Assembly (NCBI GenBank): GCA_030265395.1
Contig: JARFYF010000029.1
Span: 13,980,943 to 14,044,942 of the forward strand
From: Rhina ancylostomus
Taxonomy: Eukaryota
DNA: 64,000 nucleotides
Direction of reading: 5' to 3'
How positions within the stretch are numbered: the first letter of the stretch is position 1; each line of letters begins with the position of its first letter. The position numbers and the translations under genes were made by a program. The notes under the pieces are model-generated. The model saw only the letters and a program-made list of their open reading frames with translations, made no database searches and was not told the origin of the DNA. Positions 47,201-59,200 of the stretch are shown one piece after another.

Positions 47201-50200
47201 CTCAAGAGCAAGGACAAGATGTTTTTCATTCCTGGCCTGAATTTGACATAGTCATGACCCATCAGGCTCAAGCTGTGAAACCAGACTCCAATTGTTTTCA
47301 TTCCATAATTATCCATCTGCACATAGGAAACTTCGTTGATTATATTATAGACATATGGTGCAAATCTAAATAGTTAAGTTGCTTTTTCTTCTGATCAGTT
47401 GAATTTTTGTATGATTGCAGAAGAGAGAAGGAATACTTCAAACGTCACATGTTACAGAGGAATTTACCAGCACTACAGAGTAAGTTGGAATCTGATTCCA
47501 TTTATTTCAAATATGAGTCAAATATACTGTACAGTTGAAGAGAAATACACCGATTTGCGCTATTTCCAGACGTTTTTGAAACAGGTTTATTTTGTAATAT
47601 TAGTGAAAACTTCCTAGGCCTGAATAAGTCATATTTTGGAATGTTTGGTTTTCTGTTTCACTTCTAATGAATTTATCATTTCCAGAAAATAGCCCACTCT
47701 GTGTAACCCAAATGTGATCTAAAACAAAAAGTAAAAAGACCATAAGACGTAGAAGCAGAATTAGGCAATTCGGCCCATGGAGTCTGCTCCACCATTCGAT
47801 CACGGCTGATTTATTTTTCCCTCTCAACACCATTCTCCCGCCTTCTCCCCTTATCCTTTGATGCCCTCACTAATCAAGAACCTATTCATCTCCGCTTTTT
47901 AAAGTGACTTGGCCTCCACAGCCGTCTGTGGCAATGAATTCCCAGATTCACCACCCTCTGGCTAAAGGAATTCCTCACATCTGTTCTAAAGGGATGTCCT
48001 TCTATCCTGAAGCTGTGTCCTCTGGTCCTAGACTCTCCCACCACTGGAAACGTCCTCTCCATGTCCACCCTCTCCAGGCCTTTCAATATTCAGTAGGTTT
48101 CATTGCAAATCCACCCCCCCACCCCCCATTCTTCTAGTCTCAGGAAGTTACAAGCCCAGAGCCATCAAACTCTCCCCATGCACTAACTTTCTTATAATCA
48201 TTATTGTAAACCTTCTCTGGACCCTCTCCAATGCCAGCACATCTTTCCTTAGATATGAGGTCCAAAACTGCTCACAGTACTCCAAATGTGGTCTGACCAA
48301 TGCCTTATAAAGCCTGGACTTTATACATTACATCCTTGCTTTTATATTCTAGTTTAACATTCTAACATTGCATTTGCCTTCCTTACTACTGACTCAACCT
48401 TGGTATTGGTTTATTATTGNNNNNNNNNNNNNNNNNNNNNNNNNNNNNNNNNNNNNNNNNNNNNNNNNNNNNNNNNNNNNNNNNNNNNNNNNNNNNNNNN
48501 NNNNNNNNNNNNNNNNNNNNNNNNNNNNNNNNNNNNNNNNNNNNNNNNNNNNNNNNNNNNNNNNNNNNNNNNNNNNNNNNNNNNNNNNNNNNNNNNNNNN
48601 NNNNNNNNNNNNNNNNNNNNNNNNNNNNNNNNNNNNNNNNNNNNNNNNNNNNNNNNNNNNNNNNNNNNNNNNNNNNNNNNNNNNNNNNNNATAACAGTAC
48701 AGAGTAAAGTGTCACAGCTACAGAGAAAGTGCAGTGCAATAATGTGCAAGGTCACAACAAGGTAGATCGTGAGGTCATAGCCCATCTCATTGTAAAAGGA
48801 ACTGTTCAATAGTCTTACCACAGTGGGGTAGAAGCTGTCCCTAAGTCTGGTGGTACGTGCCCTCAGGCACCTGTATCTTCTACCCGACGGAAGAGGAGAG
48901 AAGAGAGAATGTCCCACGTCAGTGGGGTCTTTGATTATGCTGGCTGTTTCACCAAGACAATGAGAGGTAAAGACAGAGTACAAGAAGGGGAGGCTGCTGT
49001 CCGTGATGCACTGGAGCCTGCAAGTTAACCTTTAGGAAATCCTGCACTAGGACTCCCAAGTCCCTTTGCACCTCCGATTTCTAAATTCACTCCCTGTTTG
49101 GAAAATATTCTATGCCTTTATTCCTTCCACCAAAGTGCATGACCATACACCTTCCCTATGCTGCATTCCATCTGCCACTTCACCATTTTCCCAACCTGTC
49201 CAAGTTCTTCTGCAGACTTCCTGTTCCTCAAAACTACCTGCCCCTCCACCCATCTTTATATCATCTGCAAACTTGGCCACAAAGCCTTCAATTCCATCAT
49301 TCCAGATCATTAACATATAATGTGAAAAGTAGCAGACCCAACATCAAGCCCTGCGGAACACCACCAGTCACTGCAGCCAATTAGAAAAGGCCCCCTTGAT
49401 TCCCACTTTGCCTTCTGCCAGTCAACCAATCTTTTATCCATGCTATAGTACCTTTCCTGTAATACCATGGACTCCTATCTTGTTTAGCAACCTCAGGTGC
49501 GGCACCTTGTCAAAGGCCTTCTGAAAATCCAAGTAAACAACATCCACTGACTCTCCTTTGTCTATCCTGCCTGTTACCTCCTCAAAGAATTCCAACAGAT
49601 TTGTCAGGCAAGATTTCCCCTTAAGGAAACTGTGCTGACTTCAGCCTTTTTATCATGAGCTTCAAAGTACCCTGAAACCTCATCCTTAATAATTGACTCT
49701 TAACATCTTACTGAAGTCAGGCTAACTGGCCTATGATCCTGCATCTTCCAAATTACTCCCAGAAACTCCTGCCATTGCGGCTCTACCATCATCCCTGCTG
49801 GGGTGCCCTTCCAATCAACTTTGGCCAGCTCCTCTCTCATGCCTCTGTAGTTACCTTTACTCAACTGTAATACAGATACATCCAATTTTAGCTCTCCCTC
49901 TCAAACTGCAGGGTGAATTTTATCATACTACACTGTCTCCTAAGGGCTCCTTTACCTTAAGCTCGCTAATCAAATCTGGATCATTGCACAACACCAAATC
50001 CAGAATTGCTTTTTCCCCAGTAGGCTCGACCACAGACTGCTCTAAAAAGACATCTTGTAGGCATTCTGCAAATTCCTTCTCTTGGGATCCAGTACCAACC
50101 TGCTTTTTCCAAGCTACCTGCATATTGAAATCCTCCATGACCACTGTAACATTGCCCTTTTTACATGCCTTTTCTATCTCCTGTTGTAATTTGTACCCCG

Positions 50201-53200
50201 CATCCTGGCCACTATTCAGAGGCCTGCATACAACTCCCATCAGGGTCGTTTTAACCTTGCAGTTTCTCAACTCTACCCACAAGGATTCTACATCTTCTGA
50301 TCCTATGTCACTTCTTGCTAAGGATTTGATTTCATTTTTTACTAACAGAGCCAGCACCCCACCCCCACCCACTAATCTGGGAGGCAACATGCTTTCAGTG
50401 TGTAAGCTGCTGAAATATATATTGTAAGTAACAAACGTCATATACCTTGTCCATAAGACATTTAAAATTCCCTTGCCCAGACTCTGTGTGGTTTCTTCCA
50501 GCGAGAATCCCAGCTGGTTCTCAGATGTGACCAGGGCTTGTTAGGAATTGAAATAATTACACTTGATGCCTTTGCAGCAAGAAAATATGCCATCAGTCTG
50601 GCTGCATTCTGGAAGAGATGGTGACAGCTGTATTGTAAAACTTCACCATTAGATTTTTGCTAAAATCAGAATTCACTTTCCTCCCGGGTTTAATTTTCAC
50701 AGGATAAACACTTGCGGTAACTCTGGTGCACTATCATTTGTCTCACACCCATCCACTTGATTTAACCATGTCTTTTAAAAAAAGATCAAATTATTTGTAA
50801 GAAAGATGCTTACCATTACTATAAAATCCATTTCTGATTTGCTAGGCCACGTATGCAATTCTTTCATTTTGAGAATAAACTGATCTAACCTCCTTTGCTT
50901 AATACTGCACCATATAGCAAAAAATGATAAATGGTTCCAATTGTAAAGGATTATATAAAAAAAAATTTATCAGTTTTCTGTGTGGTGCAGTATTAAGCAA
51001 ATTCTAAGGTATTTCAAAAGTTGGCCTTACTTTTGCTAATGAAAGCTGTTAAAACAGTTGGTTTGTTGTGTTTAATTCTTAATTGTTTTGTTGTATTTTT
51101 TATTGCAGGATGATGATGGGGAGGTTTGGTAAGTAAATAGTTAACAACCAATTATTGTTGTACAATAATTTTAAAAAATGTATAGTTCTTATTTAGTTTT
51201 TTTTAGTACATAATGATGTTGTACCTTTTGGTAAGACTTTCTTTTCGTATATTGTTGAAGTTTAACATGGGGTGTACAACACCACCCAAATCAAAGGAGT
51301 ATATGAGGAATCCTTTAGTTTGATGGGTGGAATTCCTTAAATCATTTTGCATACCTTGCTGTTGGAGCAAGCCTGACCAAACTGGTATCATGATCCTAGT
51401 TTAAACAGATATAGATTATGCATAAAAATGCATCATAAACTGAATGCAAGCTAGACCACAATGATGTCTGGGGATTTTGCCCTTTGGCCCTTTCCAATAT
51501 GTATGAAATTTCACAGGAAACTCTGGTAATCTGACATCCAGTTTTTCATCCATGAGACCATAAGACATTGGAGCAGAATTGGGAAATTCAGTCCATTGAT
51601 TCTGCTCTGCCATTTGATCATGGCTGATTTATTTATCCCTCTCAACTCCTCCTGCCTTCTCCCCAGAAATTTTGGTGCCCTTACTAATCAAGAACCCATC
51701 AAACTCTGCTAATATACCCGATGATTTGGTTGCCATAGCCGTTATTCTACAGATTCACCACCCTCTGGCTAAAAATAATTTCTCCTCATCCCTGTTCTAA
51801 AGGGATGTCCTTCTATTCTGTGCCCTCTGGTCCTATACTCTCCCACTACTGGAAACATTCTATCCAGGCCTTTCATTATTTGGTAGATTTCAATGAGATT
51901 TCCCCCCCCCATCTTTCTAGACTCCGGGGAGTACAGGCCCAGAGCCATTAAACGCTCCTCGTACATTAACCCTGTCATTCCAGGGGTCATTCTTGTAAGC
52001 CTCCTATGGACCCTTTCCAATGCCAGCACATCTTTCCTTAGTTAGAGGGCCAAAAACTGCTCTCAATACTCCAAATGTGGTCTAACCAATGCTTTATAAA
52101 GCCTCAGCATTACATTCTTGCTTTTATATTCTAGTCCTCTCGAACCGAATGCTAACGTTGCATTTGCCTTCCTTACTACTGACTCAATCTGCAAGTTAAC
52201 TTTTTGGGAATCCTGCACTGGGACTCCCAAGACCCTTTGCACCTCTGATGTTTGAATTTGCTCCCCATTTAAAAATTCGTATATGCCTTTATTCCTTCTA
52301 CCAAAGTGCATGACCAAACATTTCCCCATGCTGTATTCCATCTGCCACTTCTTTGCCCGTTCTCCCAACCTGTCCAAGTCCTTCTGCAGACTCCCTGCTT
52401 CCTCAACATTACCTGCCCCTCCACCTATTTTTGTATCATCCGCAATCTTGGCCACAAAGCCATCAATTCCGTCCTGAGAGTTCACTGGCTAACTTATTAG
52501 TTTTAAGTGTGAGCGTGGGGTTTAGACCATGGTGTGCAGCTGGAGCCAGGGTTGGGATTCCAAACACCAGAGGCCAGGAAAGTGGGTAGGTTTGCTGCCG
52601 GACCCAATGTCCGGAGTGCTAGAATATTTCCTGTTCCCTTTAAATTCACTGGAAAATGTATCATACTACTGTATAATTTATATTTTTGTTTAGAAGGTGA
52701 GCTGAAGGATTGGGGTTTTATTAGGAGTCACAACCAATAGACTTGAAAATCTCCTAGATCTGCACCACCAAAGTCCTAAGGGTGCTGGGTTATCCGAGTT
52801 TTGCTGTAACTTTTTTTTAACATTCAAGAATTTTTATACATTTTTAAATTTCCTTTTACCATTTCAAATCTGCTTAATAAAGGAACTCTCTCCTTATAAT
52901 AGAGGGGAAATGCAATGTGTATTGGTCAGGGCGACCTCTATTTCCCACACTGCTGAATTTGTTGACCTCCTTTGGTATTGGTATTGGTTTATTATTGTCA
53001 CTTGTACCGAGGTACAGTGAAAAGTTTGTCTTACAAACCGATCATGCAGGTCAATTCATTACACAGTGCAGTTACATTGAGCTAGTACAGAGTGCATTGA
53101 TGTAGTACAGGTAAAAAAAACAATAANNNNNNNNNNNNNNNNNNNNNNNNNNNNNNNNNNNNNNNNNNNNNNNNNNNNNNNNNNNNNNNNNNNNNNNNNN

Positions 53201-56200
53201 NNNNNNNNNNNNNNNNNNNNNNNNNNCTCATGCTCATTCCCACATTTCATTGTATTACCACTGGTGGCCTTGCCATCAGCTCCTGCGATCGCCAGGATTC
53301 CCTCCTCGAACACTGGCTCGCGGCAAAGGCAACCAAAAGCCCATGTGACAGGTCCTCAGGTGCTGCACAGATCTCTGACGTGGCAGCAGAGGTTAGGTGG
53401 AGAGTGGCATCACTGGACAAGGAGCAGCTGTACTAACACAGAACAAGACAGCACAGGCCCTTCGGCCCACCACATCTGTGCCAACACCATGACAATCTGA
53501 CTAATCCCACCTGCCTGCACACAGTCCATATCCCTCCAGTCCCTGTCTGCTCATGGGGCTGGCAAAAACCCCTGAAACGTTGCTATTGTATCAGTGGGGA
53601 TACGGTCAGTGACACGGGGCGCTGGGGGAGAGGGGTCACTGAGGGACGGTGCGAAGGAGGGGGATTAACGTCAGTGGGAATACGGTCAGTGATGGTGCTG
53701 GGTTCACAGACCCAGGAATGTTCTCAATTTGTTTTGCAGCATCTGCAACTGGTTGGAGGGTAGGAGAGACAATATTCTGGAAGTTCAGTGGCCTCCAGTG
53801 GTCTGTCAGGTAAATGGAATCATTTGTGTACAAGTCTGAGTGCTTGGACAGGCAAAGGCTGCTCTTGGGGTCGATATACAACATATATCAATAAATCTCG
53901 GGACTGGTGCACAGTGCGTGACTCCAGATCAATTGCTGAATGCTGAACGCTGAACAAATTAGTAGAACAACATCAGCAGAAAGTGTAAATATTCAAAGTT
54001 GTGAGAAGCAAATGGCAGAGTTTGAGGAGGGTCTGGAACTGAAATACCTGGATATTGAGTGGGGAGTGTGGTAGAACAGAGAGAACTGGGGATATGGTAC
54101 ATCCCTAAGAGTGGTAACACAGAAGGTGTTCAGCACACTTTGCTTCATCGGTCGGGGCACTGACTACAGGAGTTGGGACGTCTTGTTGTTGCCATGCAAG
54201 GCATTGGTTAGACCACGTGGAGTACAGCAGGCAGTTCTGTTTGCTGCACTATAGCAAGGATGTGATTCAGCATGAGAGGGTGCGGAGGAGGGCTGGAGTT
54301 CTAAGGAGAGACTGGGTAGGCTGCGGCTGTCTCCCTGGAGTCAGAGGCTGAGGGGTGACCTTACAGAGGTATATGACATTGATATTGGTTTATTACTGTC
54401 ACTGTGAAAAACTTGTCCTGCACACAGATCGTACAGATCAATTCATTACACGGTGCACTGAGGTAGTACAGGGTAAAACAAGAACAGAATTCCCAGTGCG
54501 ACAGTGGTTAACACGAGGGGACGTGATTTTAAGGTGATTGGAGGAAGGTATAAGGGAGATGTCAGGGGTAAGTTTTTACACAGAGAGTGGTGGGTGTGTG
54601 GAACGCACTGCCGGCAGAGGTTGTGGGGGCAGATACATTAGGGACATTTAAGAGACTTTTAGATAAACACATGAATGATAGAGAAATAGAGGGCTATGTG
54701 GGAGGGAAGGGTTAGATAGATCTGAGAGCAGGATAAAATGTCAGCACAACATTGTGGGCGGAAGGGCCTGTACTCTGCTGTAGTGTTCTGTGTTCTATGT
54801 TAATACAGGGCAAAGTGTCACAGCTACAGGGAAATGCAGTGCAGGTAGACAATAAGATGCAAAGTCATAACAAGGTAGGTTGTGAGGTCAAGAGTCCATC
54901 TCATCATACAAGGGAACCATTCAATAGTCTTATCACAGCAGGATAGAAGCTGTCCTTGAGCCTGGTGGTACATGCTCTTAGGCTCCTATCTTCTGCCTGA
55001 TGGGAGAGGGGAGAAGAGAGAATGACCTGGGTGGGTGGGGTCTTTGATTACATTGGCTGCTTCACCCAAGACAGTGAGGGGTAAAGACAGAGTCTGTGGA
55101 GGGGAAGGACGGTTTCCATGACACACTGGGCTGTGTCCACAACTCTCTGCAGTTTCTTGCAGTCCTGGGCAGAGCAGTTGCCGTGATACATCCAGATAGA
55201 ATGCTTTCTATGGTGCATCGGTAAAAGTTGGTGAGAGTCAAAGGGGACAAACCTGGAGCAGTTGTGATTGCCATATTTGGCCAAAGCAGCCTCTATGACC
55301 AAATGACTATTGGTGACCCCCACTGGGAACTGCAGGTACAAAGACCCGGGTGATTACAAGATCCGACCTGGTTGTGATTCTCTCTTCTTTCTTGCTTTTT
55401 GTGGCCATGCAGTTTGCCAGTATACTGAAAGATATATCTGAGTAAATACTTAGAGGCTCATTAGTACTTGTGCACACAACACCAGGCTATGAGTTGTCAA
55501 CTCAAAAACAAAAGGGAGAAGATAGTCGTCATATTGATTTAAAGTTCTTCATGGCTGCCCATCGAGAGCAATTTTCTTTACCTTATTACAGCACAGGGAT
55601 ATGTTTTCCTTGTTATTTTGACATTTCGTGGGTACTTTAGAGACAACTGAGACAATGTTTATGGAAGTATATTTTCAGTCTTTATAAATGTAATTTTGTA
55701 TTTTACATAACATGGAAGGAGACCATTTAGCCGGTCAAGTCTATGGCAACTCAAGGAGAAATCCAATCTATTCCATTCCCCTCTTATTTCACAATAACCA
55801 GTTCTCATTCTTAACCTACCCCCAAATCTCCACCCATCGACACTATTTACAGTGGCCATTTAACCTATTAACCAGCACATCTATGGGACGTGAGAGGAAA
55901 CCAGAGCACATGGGGGAAATACATGCACCGCAGGGCGAACGTGTAAAGTCTATGGGCAGTGTTCGAGGTTAGGATCAAAAATGCATCCTCTTTACCCCCA
56001 ACACCCTTATTTGTGAAGGCAAAATAGTAGAGGAGGTTTTTTAAAGTTTCAGCTCTCTGATNNNNNNNNNNACAAGAACCTTTAATTAAAAAAGCACACT
56101 TGAACAAGGTACCAGAGGGTGCCATTCTGGATCTACACCCCACTGAGGAACTTGCATTAGGTGTGTGAGTTATTGTGAAAATATCTGAATTGCATTCTCA

Positions 56201-59200
56201 TTTGTTATTCCAGAACGGGATGCTTTTGATACACTGTTTGACCATGCACCTGATAAACTCAGTGTTGTTAAGAAGGTAAATTTCAAATCAAGTTTCGAAA
56301 TGTTATTTCTGAAATAACTTTTTTCAACAACAACAATATGAATAAAATGTAATGATGCATGATTTCTGAAATTAAAACATATCACTCAAGGTCAAATATA
56401 TTATGCACAGAAGGGCACTATTAAATGTGGTGCCAGTACTGGAGGTATTCAACTGGCACCAGCCACTATTAATCCTTCTAACTTTTCATTTCTGCATCAT
56501 GTTATATTTTTCCTTCTCAAATACCTGCCTCATTCCCTTTTTGCAGCTGATTGCTCGTGCTTCATGTTCTGAGAGCCCATAGTGTGGATAGTAATGTTAG
56601 TACTGTTCTTTGTTTTTGTACTAATCTTTGCTTCCTTACCAATTCACTACTCCTTAATAATTTTTAACATTTTTGAGTTGATCACAAATAAATAGTTAAG
56701 CTGTGAGATCTAAACAAAAACATCTGTGTCGCTGATCCAGTATCAAAGCCACCTACTTTACATAATTTACTGGAAGCAAATTATTACATTATAAGATTTT
56801 TGTGATTGTTATCTTACATTTAGCCTAATAATGTTAATTTTTATTAGAAGCAAAACCTGGTGCTATTGAGTTATTCTACAGCTTATTATACTGCTTGCCC
56901 AATTTCCTTACCATTGATAGGTACGTCGTCACTAACGATGAGCAATGACTTGATGCACATTGAGTATTCTTTGCTGTTTCAGTGTTGTATCTCTGTCCAT
57001 GGCTCATTTTCTGCCCTTTTGCTCTCACTCCCTCTTCTCTGTTCCCACTTTCCACACTACCAACCTCCTGCATTCAACAGATCATCCTCTGTAATTTCTG
57101 ATACCTCCTGTATGATACTGATATTAGCATATCTTTTCTGCTTTCATTGTTTCAAAGATGCTATTCCCTTTGGTTCACTTCCTCCAATCCACACTCCCCT
57201 TCGTCCTGCACCTTCTCCTGCAACCATATAAATGCAGTGCCTTCTCATTGCCAGGAGCCGACCCCTGCTTTTGACCTCCTGTTCTAACAAAGCTGAACGT
57301 GAGCTTGAGGAACATCACCACTTATTCTGACCAGGCACATTGCAACCTTCTGGACCGAACACTGATTTCACAACTTCAGATTATTGCCCATTCTAGCATT
57401 GTACCACACATTTTCAGTGTTCTACTATGTATGGTTGTTATTCCTTCTGGTAATATCAGATTGCACTCGTCTTCTCCTATTTACACCTCTCCAGAGACCT
57501 GGTTCCATCATCACCTTTGTCATTTAATCTGTCCAGTTCCCTACTCTGTTGCACATCATCTCTTTTGCTCTCTCAGCAACTTCCCCTGCTCGACCCCGAC
57601 CCCACCCCTACCACTTTCTATGCAACTTAAAACAAGTTTTACTTCTATCTTTTCCCAGTTCTGATGAAAGGGCATCAATTTGAAATATTAATTCTGTCTC
57701 TTTCTCCATATGTGCTTCCCAGCATTGAGTATTTCCAGAATTTTCTATTTTCTGCAAGTTATCTTGATTTAAAAATGAATAAGAGCTATGATTTTGTTTT
57801 TATTTTATTTTCCCAGTCACTTATCACCTTTGTGAATAAACATCTAAACAAACTCAACTTGGAGGTGACAGAACTGGAGACACAGGTAGAAAAGTTATTT
57901 TTCAGAAAGCTATACAAAGGAAGCAATTGATTACTTGTTAAAATATTCGGAACACCCTTACCTCTGAATTATACATAATTCCTTCAATAAAAGAAAATGT
58001 TTCTATTTATGCTTCATATCTATTTGTGCTCCAGCTTCTCAGCTGATGAATCCGTACTCCTCCACATTGAATGTTACTGGAGGAAGCACTGGAACTTGCA
58101 TGGGTGCAGAATATTCTCTTGGTGGGGAATGTCAGTATCCATCACTAAGAGTGACTTAGTTGCACCACCACAGGCTGGACAAATCCTGAAGGCCGTAAGC
58201 TGCCAGACTGGGTCTATGGCAAAGACTGAGTGAACCAACACCAGAGAGAAACCTATCTGATCTCATCCTCGGTAATCTGTCTGTGGAAGATGCGCCTGTC
58301 TGTGATAGCATTTGTAGAAGTGATCACAGCACTGTCTTAATGGAACAAAGCCCACCTTCACAATGAGGACACCCTCCATTATGTTGTGTGGCACAGATCT
58401 GGCAGCTCAAACTGGGCACATGGACCATTAACAGCAGTGGAACTGTACACTATCACAATCTATCCTGTCACATCCCTCATCATTGGCGTCAAGCCAAGGG
58501 CTCAACCCTGGTTCAATGAGGAGTGCAGAAGGACATGCAGGACCTAAAAGTGATGAAGTCCTATACGATGTAATGCAGGGCTACTGCAATGTACCATAGG
58601 GCTACATGCTCTCACAACTAACAGATCAGATCGAGGTTTGCCATCCAATGACATGTAGCTGTGAATGGTGATGGGTGGTTAAATGGCTAAAGGAAGAAAG
58701 AGGCTCCAGGAACATAGTGATTCTCAGTGATGGCAGGGCCTACCAACACGAGCGTTCACTAACACGTTCAGCCGGAAGTATTGAGTGGATAACCTATCTC
58801 AGCTTGCTCCTGAGATCCCCACCATTACTTAAACCAGTCTCCGGCAAATTTTATTTTCCTTCAAGTGATACCAAGAAATGACTGAGAAGAAATACTGCAA
58901 AAACTGAGATCAGATAACATCCAGTTATAATACTGAAGATACGTGCTAGTTGTGTCCTTAGCCTTCCAATGCAGTTATATTACTGCCTTCTACCCATGAT
59001 TGTGGAAGGCTTCATGATCTGTTCAGAAGAAGCAGGACAAATCCAATCCAGCTAATTACCACCCAGCCAGTCTACTCTCAATCAACAGCAAAGTGATAGA
59101 AATTCTCATTAACAGGTCTAGCAAGCACCACTTCATCATGAATAACCTACTCTCTGAGTATGTTTTCAATGATGAAATTTCAGTTTCACCAGGACCAGTT

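Noticed and set aside
47418-47423. NAGNAG acceptor CAGAAG at PARVB exon 7
   Set aside because: The proximal CAG is normally dominant; nothing in the sequence supports use of the distal AAG.
49923-50441. 172-aa endonuclease-like ORF as a host gene
   Set aside because: APE domain of a broken CR1 LINE with stops, frameshifts and a deletion.
53591-53692. Two copies of tcagtggg(g/a)atacggtcagtga resembling a repeat-spacer unit
   Set aside because: Only two copies in eukaryotic intronic DNA; a minisatellite remnant, not CRISPR-like.
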